This document shows positions 1 through 10,307 of a DNA stretch of 64,000 bases, in pieces; position 1 is the first letter of the stretch, and the number at the start of each line of letters is the position of its first letter. This DNA is from Mayamaea pseudoterrestris (Eukaryota), in NCBI GenBank assembly GCA_027923505.1, contig BROI01000032.1, forward strand, positions 1 to 64,000, given 5' to 3'. A program made the position numbers and the translations under genes. The notes under the pieces are model-generated. The model made no database searches. It was not told the DNA's origin and worked only from the letters and a program-made list of their open reading frames with translations.

Positions 1-56
1 GAGCTGAAGGCTATGAAGCCAAAGAGCGAACTGTCGCTAATCGAGTCCATTGCAAG

Positions 57-1601
57 ATGTTGAGCAAGTCGAGCCAAAAGTCGCGCCAATATGATGATAA
101 AAAGCAAGCAGACGACGCGAGGAGGAATAAGGACGATGTAACCTTCAATACAGAATTGGCGAGACGAGCGAAAAGTAGTGGCGAAAAGTTGATTTTTGAT
201 GAGGAACCAAATATTGTTGCATCAAGAATGCAACGCATGACGCGACGCATGTCCGGTGGCGGACGTATGCTTCGACGAATGTCTGGTAGCGGAAGTGTTT
301 CGAAAAGCAAGCCTCAAAAGCAAAGCGAAAATGCGGCAGACAAAGAAACTTGCTATACTGCTGCTGCCCCTATCATAAAGAGTAGGACCTCGCCGGCACA
401 TAATTTATACAGGTCGATGCGACAAAAGTCGTTTCGTGCGATGCGCCGACACTCAGTTGGTCGCAAGCCACCCACAACGCAAGCTGGCAGTAAAGACAAT
501 CAAAACGTGGAAACAGATGTCAATCTGCTGGCTGAACATGACACGGAGGAGATAATGATGCAAGGTGAAACCACGCTCAATGAGAGTTCACTCTTTCAGC
601 CGGAGCATGATGACTCGTCCTATCCTTTTCCTCATCAGTCTCAATCACTTGATCATTCACCAACTACGGACCAATCAATCTTGTTAGCCGATCAGAACAA
701 ACAAGCGAGTGATAGCGATGATTTGCTTAGCAGTAGTCACGACTCTGAAAGCCATTCGGAGGCGCAGTCGGATGAGGGTCATTACAACAGTGACGATGAC
801 GTTTATAACACGCGAAGGCAAGCTACATCACCAAGACAAAAGCTTAAACCGAAGTTAGCAGCAGCATATGAACGCTTATCTTTGATGAACGTTCTACCAA
901 GGCCAGGCTCTCCGGTCGGTCGTACTCGAAGCGTCTCAAGTTTACCGACTCCTCGAAATGAGCTCGAGGTTGATGACGAGTCTGACTATGATAACGACAC
1001 CATTTCAACCGTTTCAGAAGCATCCGACACTCCCTATTATATTATCGAGTTTGATGATTTAGAGGCAATCAACAATCAGCACTCACAGTCAGTCTCGTCG
1101 CTTTATAATGGAACCCCGACAAGGAATTCCAGGCGACAGCGTAGAACGAGTCGACCACCGCTACACTTTAACAACTCGTTCTGTTCTGATGTATCATCCG
1201 AAGTTGATGATTCTTTGATTGATTCAGTCGTCGGCAGACACCAGAGCACTGGAGTTCAGGCTAGGCGAGTAACGGCTCGACGATCATCCATAGGAACAGC
1301 AACGAGTTTTTCGTCGGAACTTGATGATTCTATTGTCGACTCGCTCGCGGATCACCAACCTCCACCACGAAGGGTTCGTCGTCCCTCAGCAGCACCTGCA
1401 AAATGTGCGACTGGATGGGAGCCAACATTTGTGTCACCAATCAAAGAGAATCGCCGACGTCGATTGTCGCTAAACAACATCCCAAACGCCTTGAACGATG
1501 GAAGCCGAGGATTGCCGAAATTTGATTCACATGGGCTCATGCTAAGCGAGCAAAGCGAGGACACTTTCATGGTTGAACAAGATGATTCATCAGAGGCATG
1601 A
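57..1601 (+). CDS. Hypothetical Ser/Arg/Asp-rich, probably disordered protein (514 aa)
   Basis: Long ATG-initiated ORF of low complexity with repeated RRxS motifs (RRMS, RRHS, RRSS, RRPS, RRLS); no recognisable domain. Confidence 0.7.
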   Translation: MLSKSSQKSRQYDDKKQADDARRNKDDVTFNTELARRAKSSGEKLIFDEEPNIVASRMQRMTRRMSGGGRMLRRMSGSGSVSKSKPQKQSENAADKETCYTAAAPIIKSRTSPAHNLYRSMRQKSFRAMRRHSVGRKPPTTQAGSKDNQNVETDVNLLAEHDTEEIMMQGETTLNESSLFQPEHDDSSYPFPHQSQSLDHSPTTDQSILLADQNKQASDSDDLLSSSHDSESHSEAQSDEGHYNSDDDVYNTRRQATSPRQKLKPKLAAAYERLSLMNVLPRPGSPVGRTRSVSSLPTPRNELEVDDESDYDNDTISTVSEASDTPYYIIEFDDLEAINNQHSQSVSSLYNGTPTRNSRRQRRTSRPPLHFNNSFCSDVSSEVDDSLIDSVVGRHQSTGVQARRVTARRSSIGTATSFSSELDDSIVDSLADHQPPPRRVRRPSAAPAKCATGWEPTFVSPIKENRRRRLSLNNIPNALNDGSRGLPKFDSHGLMLSEQSEDTFMVEQDDSSEA

Positions 1602-1939
1602 GTTGCTGCTGAAGTGGTTTGGAGCTGTAGATATGCGAGCGAACTCGTCTTTCCTCGCGAATTTATATCTTTTAATATTCTATTGTTCGTTGTTCTTGAT
1701 TTTTGTTGGCTCTTTATAGATAATCTTAAAGAGCGCTACAAAGCTGGGAATCGTTCTCATACATTTGCGGACAATTTATACGAGGATGCTGTGTTGTATT
1801 AGCGTAAAACACTTGCGATAATAACACGACGCGACAGCGGTGTGATATCTAATTACAGTTCGACATGCCGCCATGATCATTACCAAAATTCGCGCATGAA
1901 TATTCGTAGAACATAAAATAACTCGCCCATATTATCCAT

Positions 1940-3127
1940 CTAATATACCTCAACATGCCATTGATGGTTCGCCTTGAGCTCCTTCATCCTGGCCGACCAA
2001 TCAATCCCTCGCTCCACCGCTACTTGCTCCAATGCCTCCAGAATACCCGGCATCATTCCCTTTAAGCCACAAAAGTAAATGATTGCTCCAGCATCAAGGC
2101 GATGCAGCAACTCATCTACTCGCTGCGCCAGCACATCCTGCACGTATAGTTTGCCGCCATTGGCGTTGTGCATTTCTCGACTAATCGCATACGTTACTTC
2201 AAGTCTGCCATGCGCATTCTCCTGCATGACTTTCAACTCATCCGAATACAAGAGCCCAGCCGTGACGGGTACTCCCAAGACCAACCAGGCCTTGGCGGAA
2301 AACATGTGGCGAGCCACAGTATTCTCCATGAATAGCCGATGCAAAAACGCTCGAAACGGAGCAATGCCAGTTCCAGTCGCCACCATGATAATATCCTTGG
2401 TCGGGTCTTCCGGAAGTAGCATAGTCTTGCCAACAGGACCAGCCACTTTGACTTGATCACCAGGATGAAGGTCGCACAAAAAGTTGCTGCAGACACCGGC
2501 TCGGTCCGGATCCGCCAAGCCAGTGACTGGATCAAAGTACTCGGCCCGGCGTACGCACAAGCTCACCGTTGTTCCATCCAGCAAGTCACCGTAGCGAGTG
2601 GACGCAATCGAGTAGAGGCGCGGCTTGTGCGGCTTGCCATCCACTGTCTTTCCGGGTGGAATGACACTCAATGATTGGCCTTCGACGTAGTGCATGCCTT
2701 CGGGTAGCTGCAGTACGACATGCTGTATATCACCGGGCGCTTCGTTTTCAATGAGCTTGACGCGCCCCAAGACAGTCGCTGTGACTGGCTGCGTCGGCTT
2801 GGCAAAGTTGGTTGGCAGTCCAATGTCTTCGAGCCAGTGCTGGGCATCCTGCAGTTCGACTCCATCGGGAATGGATACCGTTGCTTGCGCGGGTAAGTAG
2901 TTGCGTCCCTGCTGTATTCTGACAAAGGTATCGCCAATCTTGCCTTCTACGGATGGATCGAAAAAGAGGGATCCGCTATCAACGACTGGAATGCCGCCTC
3001 CGGCCTTTTTGATGCGAGAAGCGTCGACGGCAAGTAGAGCGGAGGAGGATGAGTGGAATCCTTGTCGCGGCTGGACAACAAAGGCGCTTGTCGCAGTGCA
3101 GAGAATGAAAAAGAGCAACATCCTCAT
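1940..3127 (-). CDS. petH: Ferredoxin-NADP+ reductase, plastid-type, with bipartite targeting presequence
   Basis: FNR motifs YVEGQSLSVIPPG, KPRLYSIAS, SLCVRR, GVCSNFLC, GPVGK, MVATGTGIAPFR, KLYVQD, YFCGLKGM and C-terminal HVEVY. N-terminus MRMLLFFILCTATSA-FVVQP fits a signal peptide plus ASAFAP-like motif. Confidence 0.95.
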   Translation of the reverse strand: MRMLLFFILCTATSAFVVQPRQGFHSSSSALLAVDASRIKKAGGGIPVVDSGSLFFDPSVEGKIGDTFVRIQQGRNYLPAQATVSIPDGVELQDAQHWLEDIGLPTNFAKPTQPVTATVLGRVKLIENEAPGDIQHVVLQLPEGMHYVEGQSLSVIPPGKTVDGKPHKPRLYSIASTRYGDLLDGTTVSLCVRRAEYFDPVTGLADPDRAGVCSNFLCDLHPGDQVKVAGPVGKTMLLPEDPTKDIIMVATGTGIAPFRAFLHRLFMENTVARHMFSAKAWLVLGVPVTAGLLYSDELKVMQENAHGRLEVTYAISREMHNANGGKLYVQDVLAQRVDELLHRLDAGAIIYFCGLKGMMPGILEALEQVAVERGIDWSARMKELKANHQWHVEVY

Positions 3128-3291
3128 TTCGTCGTAACGTTTCTATTGGATTAATGCAGTCTCTTATCTGTAATGATGAAGGACCGGGCAGGAGAGATCG
3201 AGCATTCGAAAAGGATTCGGTGGATGTGTGCGTCGGCGCGGCGCACCATCTGCTGGCTATTCATTCCCGCTACGAGCATGATAATGAATAG

Positions 3292-3447
3292 ATGTACACT
3301 TTAATTCACAGTGCCAAAAACTTTGATTTTCAAATGTACACTTTGATTCACAGTGCCAAAAACTTTGATTTTCAAAGTTATTGGACTACACTCTGACTTA
3401 TAGTGCCAAAAACTTTGATTTTTGGTACCACACTATGAAGCACAGTG
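3292..3447. repeat. Short tandem repeat (about 42 bp unit; 2 near-exact and 2 degenerate copies) between divergent genes
   Basis: atgtacacttt(a/g)attcacagtgccaaaaactttgattttcaa at 3292 and 3334; degenerate copies near 3387 and 3429. Confidence 0.9.
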
Positions 3448-3534
3448 ATGTTTTGTCGCACAAAGACACGTTCAAGGACCAAGCTGCACATCCAAGCACC
3501 GTCCGTCAACCTAAACTCTGCAGTCTAATCTGCC

Positions 3535-5619
3535 ATGGAGGATGCGATACCAGGGAGATCAAGCATTACAGTAGTAGTTGGAATGTCTCATGGTGGAGCT
3601 TCGATTCGATGTCAGCGACGAAGGCAGTCAAATCACACGACGATTGCATTGTTTCGACTGATGAGCATGCTCGTGTCAACAATGATGCTAGCCGACCACG
3701 CATGCGCATGGAATGCTCCACAACATCATCAATGTCGAGCTCGGACGTTAATTAGATTACAGCTTAGCAGTCAAAGGTCTGATCAAGACGAAACGACGAG
3801 CATTTTGGAAGATATACAACGAAAACTGGATCAGCAGCAGCGTCAAATCGAACAGCTTTTGAATGTTGTCATTTCCCAACAGCAATCTACAGCAGCCTCC
3901 GTACACTCTACAATTGAACAATCTCCACGCTCTTCAGTCTCTTCTTCTCAGCATCAGCAATTACAACTTACGCCCATCAAGGCCATGCTCTTTATAGACG
4001 GCACTTGGCTTTACTACTCCATTTTTCAAAGGCAAAGTGACAATACTTGCGCAATATCCTCGCGGTTTGGACCGCTTTGGCCGCTCACGCATCGGGTAGA
4101 CTGGCAGGCATTGACGCGCATTGTATCAAGATGTCTCATGGAGCAGCATCAGTCATCCGGTGTACAGTTCTTGTCAACGCCGTCTTCGTCGTCGGCACCA
4201 TCTCAGCACCAAGGCCGCGCCGTCGAGATCGTTAGATCCAGCGTCTTTACAAGCTACAAGGCCGACACACCAACCACATCGCTCCGATACAAAATGTTTG
4301 AGGAACTCCGACAAACTAATTTCGACGTACACATGATGGAAACGGTCGGCAAGTCGGAAAAGTGCGTTGACATTCAACTGGCCGTGGAAATGTTGCACTT
4401 TGCCACGGTACCGCACGCGTACGATGTCGCCGTCGTATTAACGGGCGACAAGGATTTTATGCCGGCCATGATCCGGACCCGACAAAAAGGACGGCAAGTG
4501 GCGCTTGTCTCTATGAAGCGAGGGTGCAATCAGGCGTTGGTCAAGACGGACATGCTCAAGGATTTTGACGTCATATGGTTGGACGACCATATTGAAGAGC
4601 TAATCGTTCCAAAGTCAATGGAAGAACTTCCTCATGGTCAAAGGTCACTGTCAGTTTTTACGTTTATGAAAGTGTTGAGAGACTACATTGAGCAATCGGG
4701 CGAGAAAACAGTTTCTTCGCGCGAAGTTGGTCGGTACCTAAAGACGGTTATAATTGGTTCGACAGTCATGCTCGACGAGCTGAAGAACTCTTGTGGTGGC
4801 ATTTACTTGTTTTTAAATCTCCAAGGCAAAGATGTATTTTCGGTGTCGTTCGATGACGACGCATCGGGAGACTCTTCCGTTCGTAGCTACAGGATTGGCT
4901 TGAAGCCAAAGACTGACACAATTTTGTTGGAGATGGCAGAAAGCGCCGACTTGTCGGCTGCCGAAAAGAGCTTTTTTGAAAGCTATACATTTGCGACTGA
5001 GGAGGAGCGGCCGACTTATACCAGCGCCCTCGGACTACAACAGCGAGCAACCGTGAGGCATCATTTGAGCAAGCTCCAAACGCCTGAATTGCACAAAGAC
5101 GCGGCCCCAGATTACTCGGGGTACACCTTGCAGCAACTTCGAGATTTATGTCGGATGATGGGACTGCCAGTTTCTGGGTTGAAAGCAGCGGTAATTGAAC
5201 GCTTAAATGCAACCAGGAAGGAAACGGTTGGGCAAACTAAAGAATGCGAAATGCGACTAGCGACGCAGCGGCGATTAGCGACTGGCGCAGAACAATCATC
5301 AACACAACATATACCTGATACAACCACCCGCCATCTGATTAGTCTACTCAGAGAGTATATTCAGGCTAGTGGCGGTAAAGCAAGCTCGCGAGACGTCGGG
5401 CGATATCTTGCCGCTAATCGGTCATCGCCGGAGACGAAACGAAAGCATTTAGTGTCAGCCTTGCAAGAGCTCAAGGCATACTATGGGTCCCTAGCCAACT
5501 TCGTACAGGCCTATCCCGATATCTTGCTACGACTAGATGATGTGGACCGTGCCGGGGACGATGACAAGAATTTTGCTTTCTCAATTGGGTTGAACAAAAA
5601 CGTGGGTGTGACGATGTAG
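3535..5619 (+). CDS. NYN-domain (PIN-like) ribonuclease with SAP domain and two repeated HTH-like (possibly OST-HTH/LOTUS) modules; true start may be ATG 3661
   Basis: NYN motifs MLFIDGTW, EKCVDIQLAVEML, VVLTGDKDFMP, GRQV. SAP-like YTLQQLRDLCRMMGLPVSGLKAAVIERL. Internal repeat LRDYIEQSG..SSREVGRYL / LREYIQASG..SSRDVGRYL. Confidence 0.85.
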   Translation: MEDAIPGRSSITVVVGMSHGGASIRCQRRRQSNHTTIALFRLMSMLVSTMMLADHACAWNAPQHHQCRARTLIRLQLSSQRSDQDETTSILEDIQRKLDQQQRQIEQLLNVVISQQQSTAASVHSTIEQSPRSSVSSSQHQQLQLTPIKAMLFIDGTWLYYSIFQRQSDNTCAISSRFGPLWPLTHRVDWQALTRIVSRCLMEQHQSSGVQFLSTPSSSSAPSQHQGRAVEIVRSSVFTSYKADTPTTSLRYKMFEELRQTNFDVHMMETVGKSEKCVDIQLAVEMLHFATVPHAYDVAVVLTGDKDFMPAMIRTRQKGRQVALVSMKRGCNQALVKTDMLKDFDVIWLDDHIEELIVPKSMEELPHGQRSLSVFTFMKVLRDYIEQSGEKTVSSREVGRYLKTVIIGSTVMLDELKNSCGGIYLFLNLQGKDVFSVSFDDDASGDSSVRSYRIGLKPKTDTILLEMAESADLSAAEKSFFESYTFATEEERPTYTSALGLQQRATVRHHLSKLQTPELHKDAAPDYSGYTLQQLRDLCRMMGLPVSGLKAAVIERLNATRKETVGQTKECEMRLATQRRLATGAEQSSTQHIPDTTTRHLISLLREYIQASGGKASSRDVGRYLAANRSSPETKRKHLVSALQELKAYYGSLANFVQAYPDILLRLDDVDRAGDDDKNFAFSIGLNKNVGVTM

Positions 5620-6790
5620 TCCCTCATAGTCAGCATTCTACAAGATCTATCGTACACTATTATTTCTTTGTGCAGACCATCTCGACCTGTCGTTGCTGAG
5701 TCTGCACCTTGAGAAAATTCACGTGCTCGCTGAAGAATTGCCTTGACGTCTGACCATCGCTCGGTGAGCCTGCTTGTGAAAGCAGAGTAAGACCCAGCAA
5801 GTGAATCATTACTTTCAGGTGAGCCCTCGAACGAGTCAACTGTTCGATTTCGTACAAGCATTGGAGATTCTCTTGCAGGTGCTTCGGTCTTGGCTTTTAC
5901 AGTCAGATCAGCGCATTTGATGGGACTGGGGTTGGGGTTGGTGGTACTTTGTCCGCGACAGGCGGCCAGCTATCCCGCTTGCTCGTTCTTTTAAGATTGG
6001 CTGATTTCTGACCAAGTAGACGCTTGGGTCGATTGTCGACAATTAGCTCCGGAATTTCCGAGATGAAACGACCTTGACATTCTTTGTCGGAGTCTGTATC
6101 TGTTTGCGTAAACAGTCGTCGACTTTGGTGGTTGCATCACGTCTTGGACTATACACTGCAAAGCTTGAATCATCTTTGCGGCTGAAGCCGTCATGATTTC
6201 CGTCGAGCAAAGGGCACTTTGTTCCATTGATAATGTCGATGTCACCGTGCCTTTGAAGCATTTTTTCAAGCTTGCGAGCCAATTTGATTAATGCACGGTC
6301 GCCTTCTTTTGCAACGTTCTTTAATGGGTACGCATGTATTGTGTCCTCGCACTGAAGCCCTATCAACGAGGTGTGGTGTGACTTGACCTTTGGGATCATG
6401 TCATTAATTGCAAGTGGCAGCGCGGACAGCTTTCTCACGGTGGCATGGCACTGCTGTACCATATTAACTGTCACACTATTGTGGACCATACACGCTACGG
6501 AGACGCTGCGCCCACGCGACTACCGTAACTAAGAGAGACCGATATCATAGACACGAAATTCTGTTGCTCCGTGAGTCTTGTTCCAAGCTAAAAATGTTCA
6601 CGCTAATTATAAACTCATATGCCACATTGCGACTCAAGACATAGTACCATTTTTGTGGTAAAATTGGTATTGTTGTGCTAAACGTATTCGTACAAGACCC
6701 AAGACGCTGAAGAAAACTACCGGAATACGGAAGTTAGAGATTGCTATGTATGTCCTGGTCTAGTAGGTCAATTGCGACTAATTGCGTAGC

Positions 6791-6862
6791 GTCCGCTTGG
6801 TCTAGAGGCATGATACCTGCTTTGGGTGCAGGTGGTCCGGGGTTCGATTCCCCGAGCGGACC
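6791..6862 (+). tRNA. tRNA-Pro (anticodon TGG)
   Basis: Acceptor stem GTCCGCT/AGCGGAC, D-arm TGGTCTAGAGGCATGA, anticodon arm CCTGC-TTTGGGT-GCAGG, T-arm CGGGG-TTCGATT-CCCCG, then a TTTT pol III terminator. Confidence 0.95.
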
Positions 6863-7167
6863 TTTTGCCCCCTAAAACGATACTAACAAGGGTAAAATCT
6901 TTTTTCTATGTGTAAAAAAGAACGGGAGGTCCCAAGAAACATTTTGCTGGCTGTCTAATGCATGTTGTTGCACCATGCTTGGCCCTACCGGTAGAAGTTA
7001 GAAAAGATTTGGGTACCTTTCACCAATCAGTGTTGCTTAACCTTACCGTTTTTGACCAGCAGCAGCGTGCCGCTTTGCAACTCTCTGCTTGGTTGTATCA
7101 ACGAGTTTTGGCAAGCCAGGTGCCGTAACCTTTGACAATTTCAAACCAGCAGAAGCATGTCAGATGT

Positions 7168-7500
7168 GCAGTGTGGGCCATGAAGCGCAAGCGGCGCATC
7201 ACTACCGATGGAATCTGCAAGTGAAAAGCCCAACTCAATCTGGATGGGTCCAAGCAGGTCAAGGGAGTCCACTCAAACCAGACCTATGCACCGGCCGCAT
7301 ACTGGGCCACTATCCATCTCATCATAGCCAAGGCACTCCAACTCAAATAGCATACAAGGCAGATTGACTTCGTGCAGGCCTACGGAGGCCAAGTCCAACA
7401 CTATACACGTGGAGAATCCCAAGGCATCGAGGTAACAGGCGAGCAGCCAGGGGACTCCATCCTACACGTCAAAAAAACACGTACGGGATGCGACTCAGGC
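7168..7500 (+). pseudogene. Decayed Ty1/copia reverse-transcriptase fragment (different family from the large element)
   Basis: Frame from 7168 reads AVWAMKRKRRITTDGICK*KAQLNLDGSKQVKGVHSNQTYAP..WATIHL..K*HTRQIDFVQAY. This matches copia RT blocks (KARL..G..Q..G..Y.ETYAP; Q.DF..AY) with in-frame stops. Right boundary approximate. Confidence 0.8.
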
Positions 7501-8632
7501 AGAACCTGGAACGTGACGCACGCGCCCTAACATGTTCAGGAGTCGCGCCTCTCGGCAGCAACAACATGGCCCTTGTTGGTAGGGTCTCGCTGGACAATAG
7601 AGCAGATAGCACGCATGGTACTGCGACGAGACAATGCCTTGTTCGTGTTGTTTATGTAGTAGCGGCAGCAATTCAAGGTGATTTTGTACCGCTGGCGTTC
7701 ATGTAGTCCCCACCAATCATAGCGTCGTAACAGCGCCGAGCCTTGACGAAATTGTTAAGTGTCGCAACCGTATTGCCCATCATTTTTTCTTTTGCAGTCC
7801 GAAGATCTTATACTCATTCAATTCAGTGAACATTCCATTCACTTCTTCCTCCATGCCATTATCGCCGCTTGACGCTGATGCTGACCGTGACGCCATGCCA
7901 GACGTATCTTGCTTGAGAGATGCGCCAGCTTGCGCTACCAACTATTTAAACCCCGCAAGCATTTGACTAAGCTTGACAGTTTTGTCATTTACTGGCTTCT
8001 GCGACTTGCTGGCATCATCTGCTGCGAGCGCTTTAGCAGGCTCCTCGGGCGACTTGGATGCAACCAATGGAGGCTGCGAATTCATTTTTACCCTTGCTCA
8101 GCATCTTTCTTGGCCGTGCTCTTGAGGTAAACTTGATCAAGAGGTGTGAGACTGACTCGTTTAAAATCGTCGTTGTCCGCAAGCCGTACATTCTCTTCCG
8201 AAAACTTGGGAGTTTCGGAACTCCAGCCTCGTCAAGTCCTGACTCCATTGCAAACTTTTCAATAGGCGTTATTGGAAAAATTGCAAAGTAGAGTCGATGG
8301 CATTCCCATTCGCCCTCATGGTGGGCACAATGGTTCGCGACATGCAGAGCAGAGGAGCGGATATTAGCAGTGCCGATGTTGGACACGACAAAATGCCTTG
8401 GCTATCAAATGAACAATAATGAACAAATGTAAGCGCGCGTGAGAATAGTAACGTTTATGAGTGTCAAGGCAATGCAGAACGATACTGCTACGAGCGATAT
8501 GGATGCGTCGTTATGTGAGGGGTCGCATTTGATCGTCCGTCGTCATGGTCGAATTCTCGATGGACGAAGCTGTGAGGGCAAACAATGTTTGTTAAGGTTT
8601 AGGTTTCGAAGCGGTACTGGTGAGAAATCACC

Positions 8633-8654
8633 GGTTCGATTCCCCGAGCGGACC
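8633..8654 (+). repeat. Exact 22 bp copy of the 3' end of tRNA-Pro
   Basis: ggttcgattccccgagcggacc is identical to 6841-6862. Confidence 0.9.
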
Positions 8655-8894
8655 CTTCTTTTCGTTTCGACCCATCTAGTTTGTCTATGTACTTTATTTT
8701 GCGAGCATTGGACAGAATAGTATATTTGATACAAACTACTATGTGAATGTTTTGGTATCTCATGGCATATTCATGGTTTGTTCTCAACAGTGATTTTGCA
8801 GTTAAGAATACGAGCAGTGCGTTCGCTATACATGAGACGGATCCCCAACGCTATATGAAGCCAATGGTCAGTCCGCCAGATTTACATTCGAGTG

Positions 8895-8970
8895 AGGATG
8901 TGGTATGCTCGAAGAGACGCAGAGTATGAGGCAGGATGTGGCACGCTCGAAGAGACGCAGAGTATGAGAC
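8895..8970. repeat. 38 bp tandem duplication
   Basis: aggatgtgg(t/c)a(t/c)gctcgaagagacgcagagtatgag(g/a)c at 8895 and 8933. Confidence 0.85.
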
Positions 8971-9278
8971 AAGCCTGCCCCGGAGGAAGTCATTCGCTCC
9001 GATCATCTACGGCTACATACTACATACGCGGTAATGTATGCAATCGTTCAGAGATAAATGAAGCTATTGTGCATAAATTGCAGGTGCTTGAATGCACAAG
9101 CAACATTGCCATTCCCTGAGTAGATCGATGAGCACTGAAAGTTGCTGGAAGGATATGGATAAAAATCCTCAGCAAGCCTGTGTCGGCATAAATCAGCTCA
9201 TTAGCGACGTGTTTCTTCATCTAATACGTCAGGGACTTTGAGAGCTGTGCGTCGGACTCCCAAAAAAGAGCGCGTATG

Positions 9279-9767
9279 TCACGCGGCATCAGCTGCAAGA
9301 CTGCGCCGCTGCGTCGGTAGCTGTCGAAAAGAATTCGATGACTCGTCATCTTCTTCAAAGATGGAAAGCTTGTCGAGCAACAATGCAGTGACCTCTGATG
9401 CTTCGCAGGTTGAATTAAAGTCCTCGACACTTGATCGACGTCTGGGTATTTGCGGCAGAGTTTGGCTTGATTCTGGATTGTCGATGCTGCCGCTGCTGCC
9501 TTTGGCGCGCAATGCTTGAAAAGGGAGTAGACATTTCACTTCAACGGACCGACGCCTCGAGGGCAAACGTAAGCAATCCTTGGAATGAATCGCATCAGGC
9601 GACCACCGGTTTTCCTTCACTGCAACAAGGCGCCTCTTGTTTTTGTAGCGCGGCATCGTTGGTCTTGAAAAGGCGTGCGAATGCATGTAAGCATTGTCAA
9701 ACACAACGCTTATCCGGCGCGCGTCAATCCCTTTGCTAATCAGGAGCTCATTGACGAAAGAAGGCAT
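9279..9767 (-). CDS. Small hypothetical protein with repeated PxRRxS-like motifs
   Basis: ATG ORF of 162 aa with ISVVFDNA and motifs LPSRRRSVE, IPRRRSSVE, LPTQRRSL, a pattern I recognise from diatom hypothetical proteins. Confidence 0.6.
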   Translation of the reverse strand: MPSFVNELLISKGIDARRISVVFDNAYMHSHAFSRPTMPRYKNKRRLVAVKENRWSPDAIHSKDCLRLPSRRRSVEVKCLLPFQALRAKGSSGSIDNPESSQTLPQIPRRRSSVEDFNSTCEASEVTALLLDKLSIFEEDDESSNSFRQLPTQRRSLAADAA

Positions 9768-10307
9768 GTCTCGATAATAATTTGATATCTATTTGTGCAC
9801 CGCGTGAATTATGAAATTCGTAGCTAGGCAGGTTGAATGATCATATAAATCTATTGCACTATCGAACATGAATCATCAACTGCAATCGATTTGAATCGAC
9901 TTCTTGCTTGCTCGTGAAACTCCAGTCATTGTGACTTGAAGGATAGTCCGGGACATTCTTCTTGGGCCTGTGGCTATAGCTTCTGACGCCCAAGAACTCA
10001 TCCTCAATCTTCCTCGACGTTCGCAAAAGGTAGTGACGCACGATCAACTGCCTCATTGATTGCTTTTCTTTGGTTGTTTTTCCAGGGGCAATAGGATATT
10101 GGGAGGGACAATTGACATTACTGTATCTCGAAATGCGTTCGTCTCTTTTAAGTGTCTTGCCTTGCTTGGTCGTGCGATTATGTAATTATGTACTGATCGC
10201 CTCCGATGGCGTTATGGAGCGACGGAAGCTTTTAGTGCGGATAGTATAGTACCAGTATGATCTCTTTACGTGTTTATGTTTATATGTTGTAGGCAGTGTA
10301 ATATTTA

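Noticed and set aside
3307..3322. V(D)J recombination signal (CACAGTG plus nonamer-like CCAAAAACT)
   Set aside because: No 12/23 bp spacer, no inverted partner and no RAG/Transib transposase in the window.
5511..6489. Minus-strand ORF fragments that might form a gene
   Set aside because: They switch frames without convincing splice sites or domains. Possibly a pseudogene, but not supportable.
8585..8654. Second complete tRNA gene
   Set aside because: Only the 3' 22 nt match; no 5' acceptor strand, D-arm or anticodon arm can be folded.
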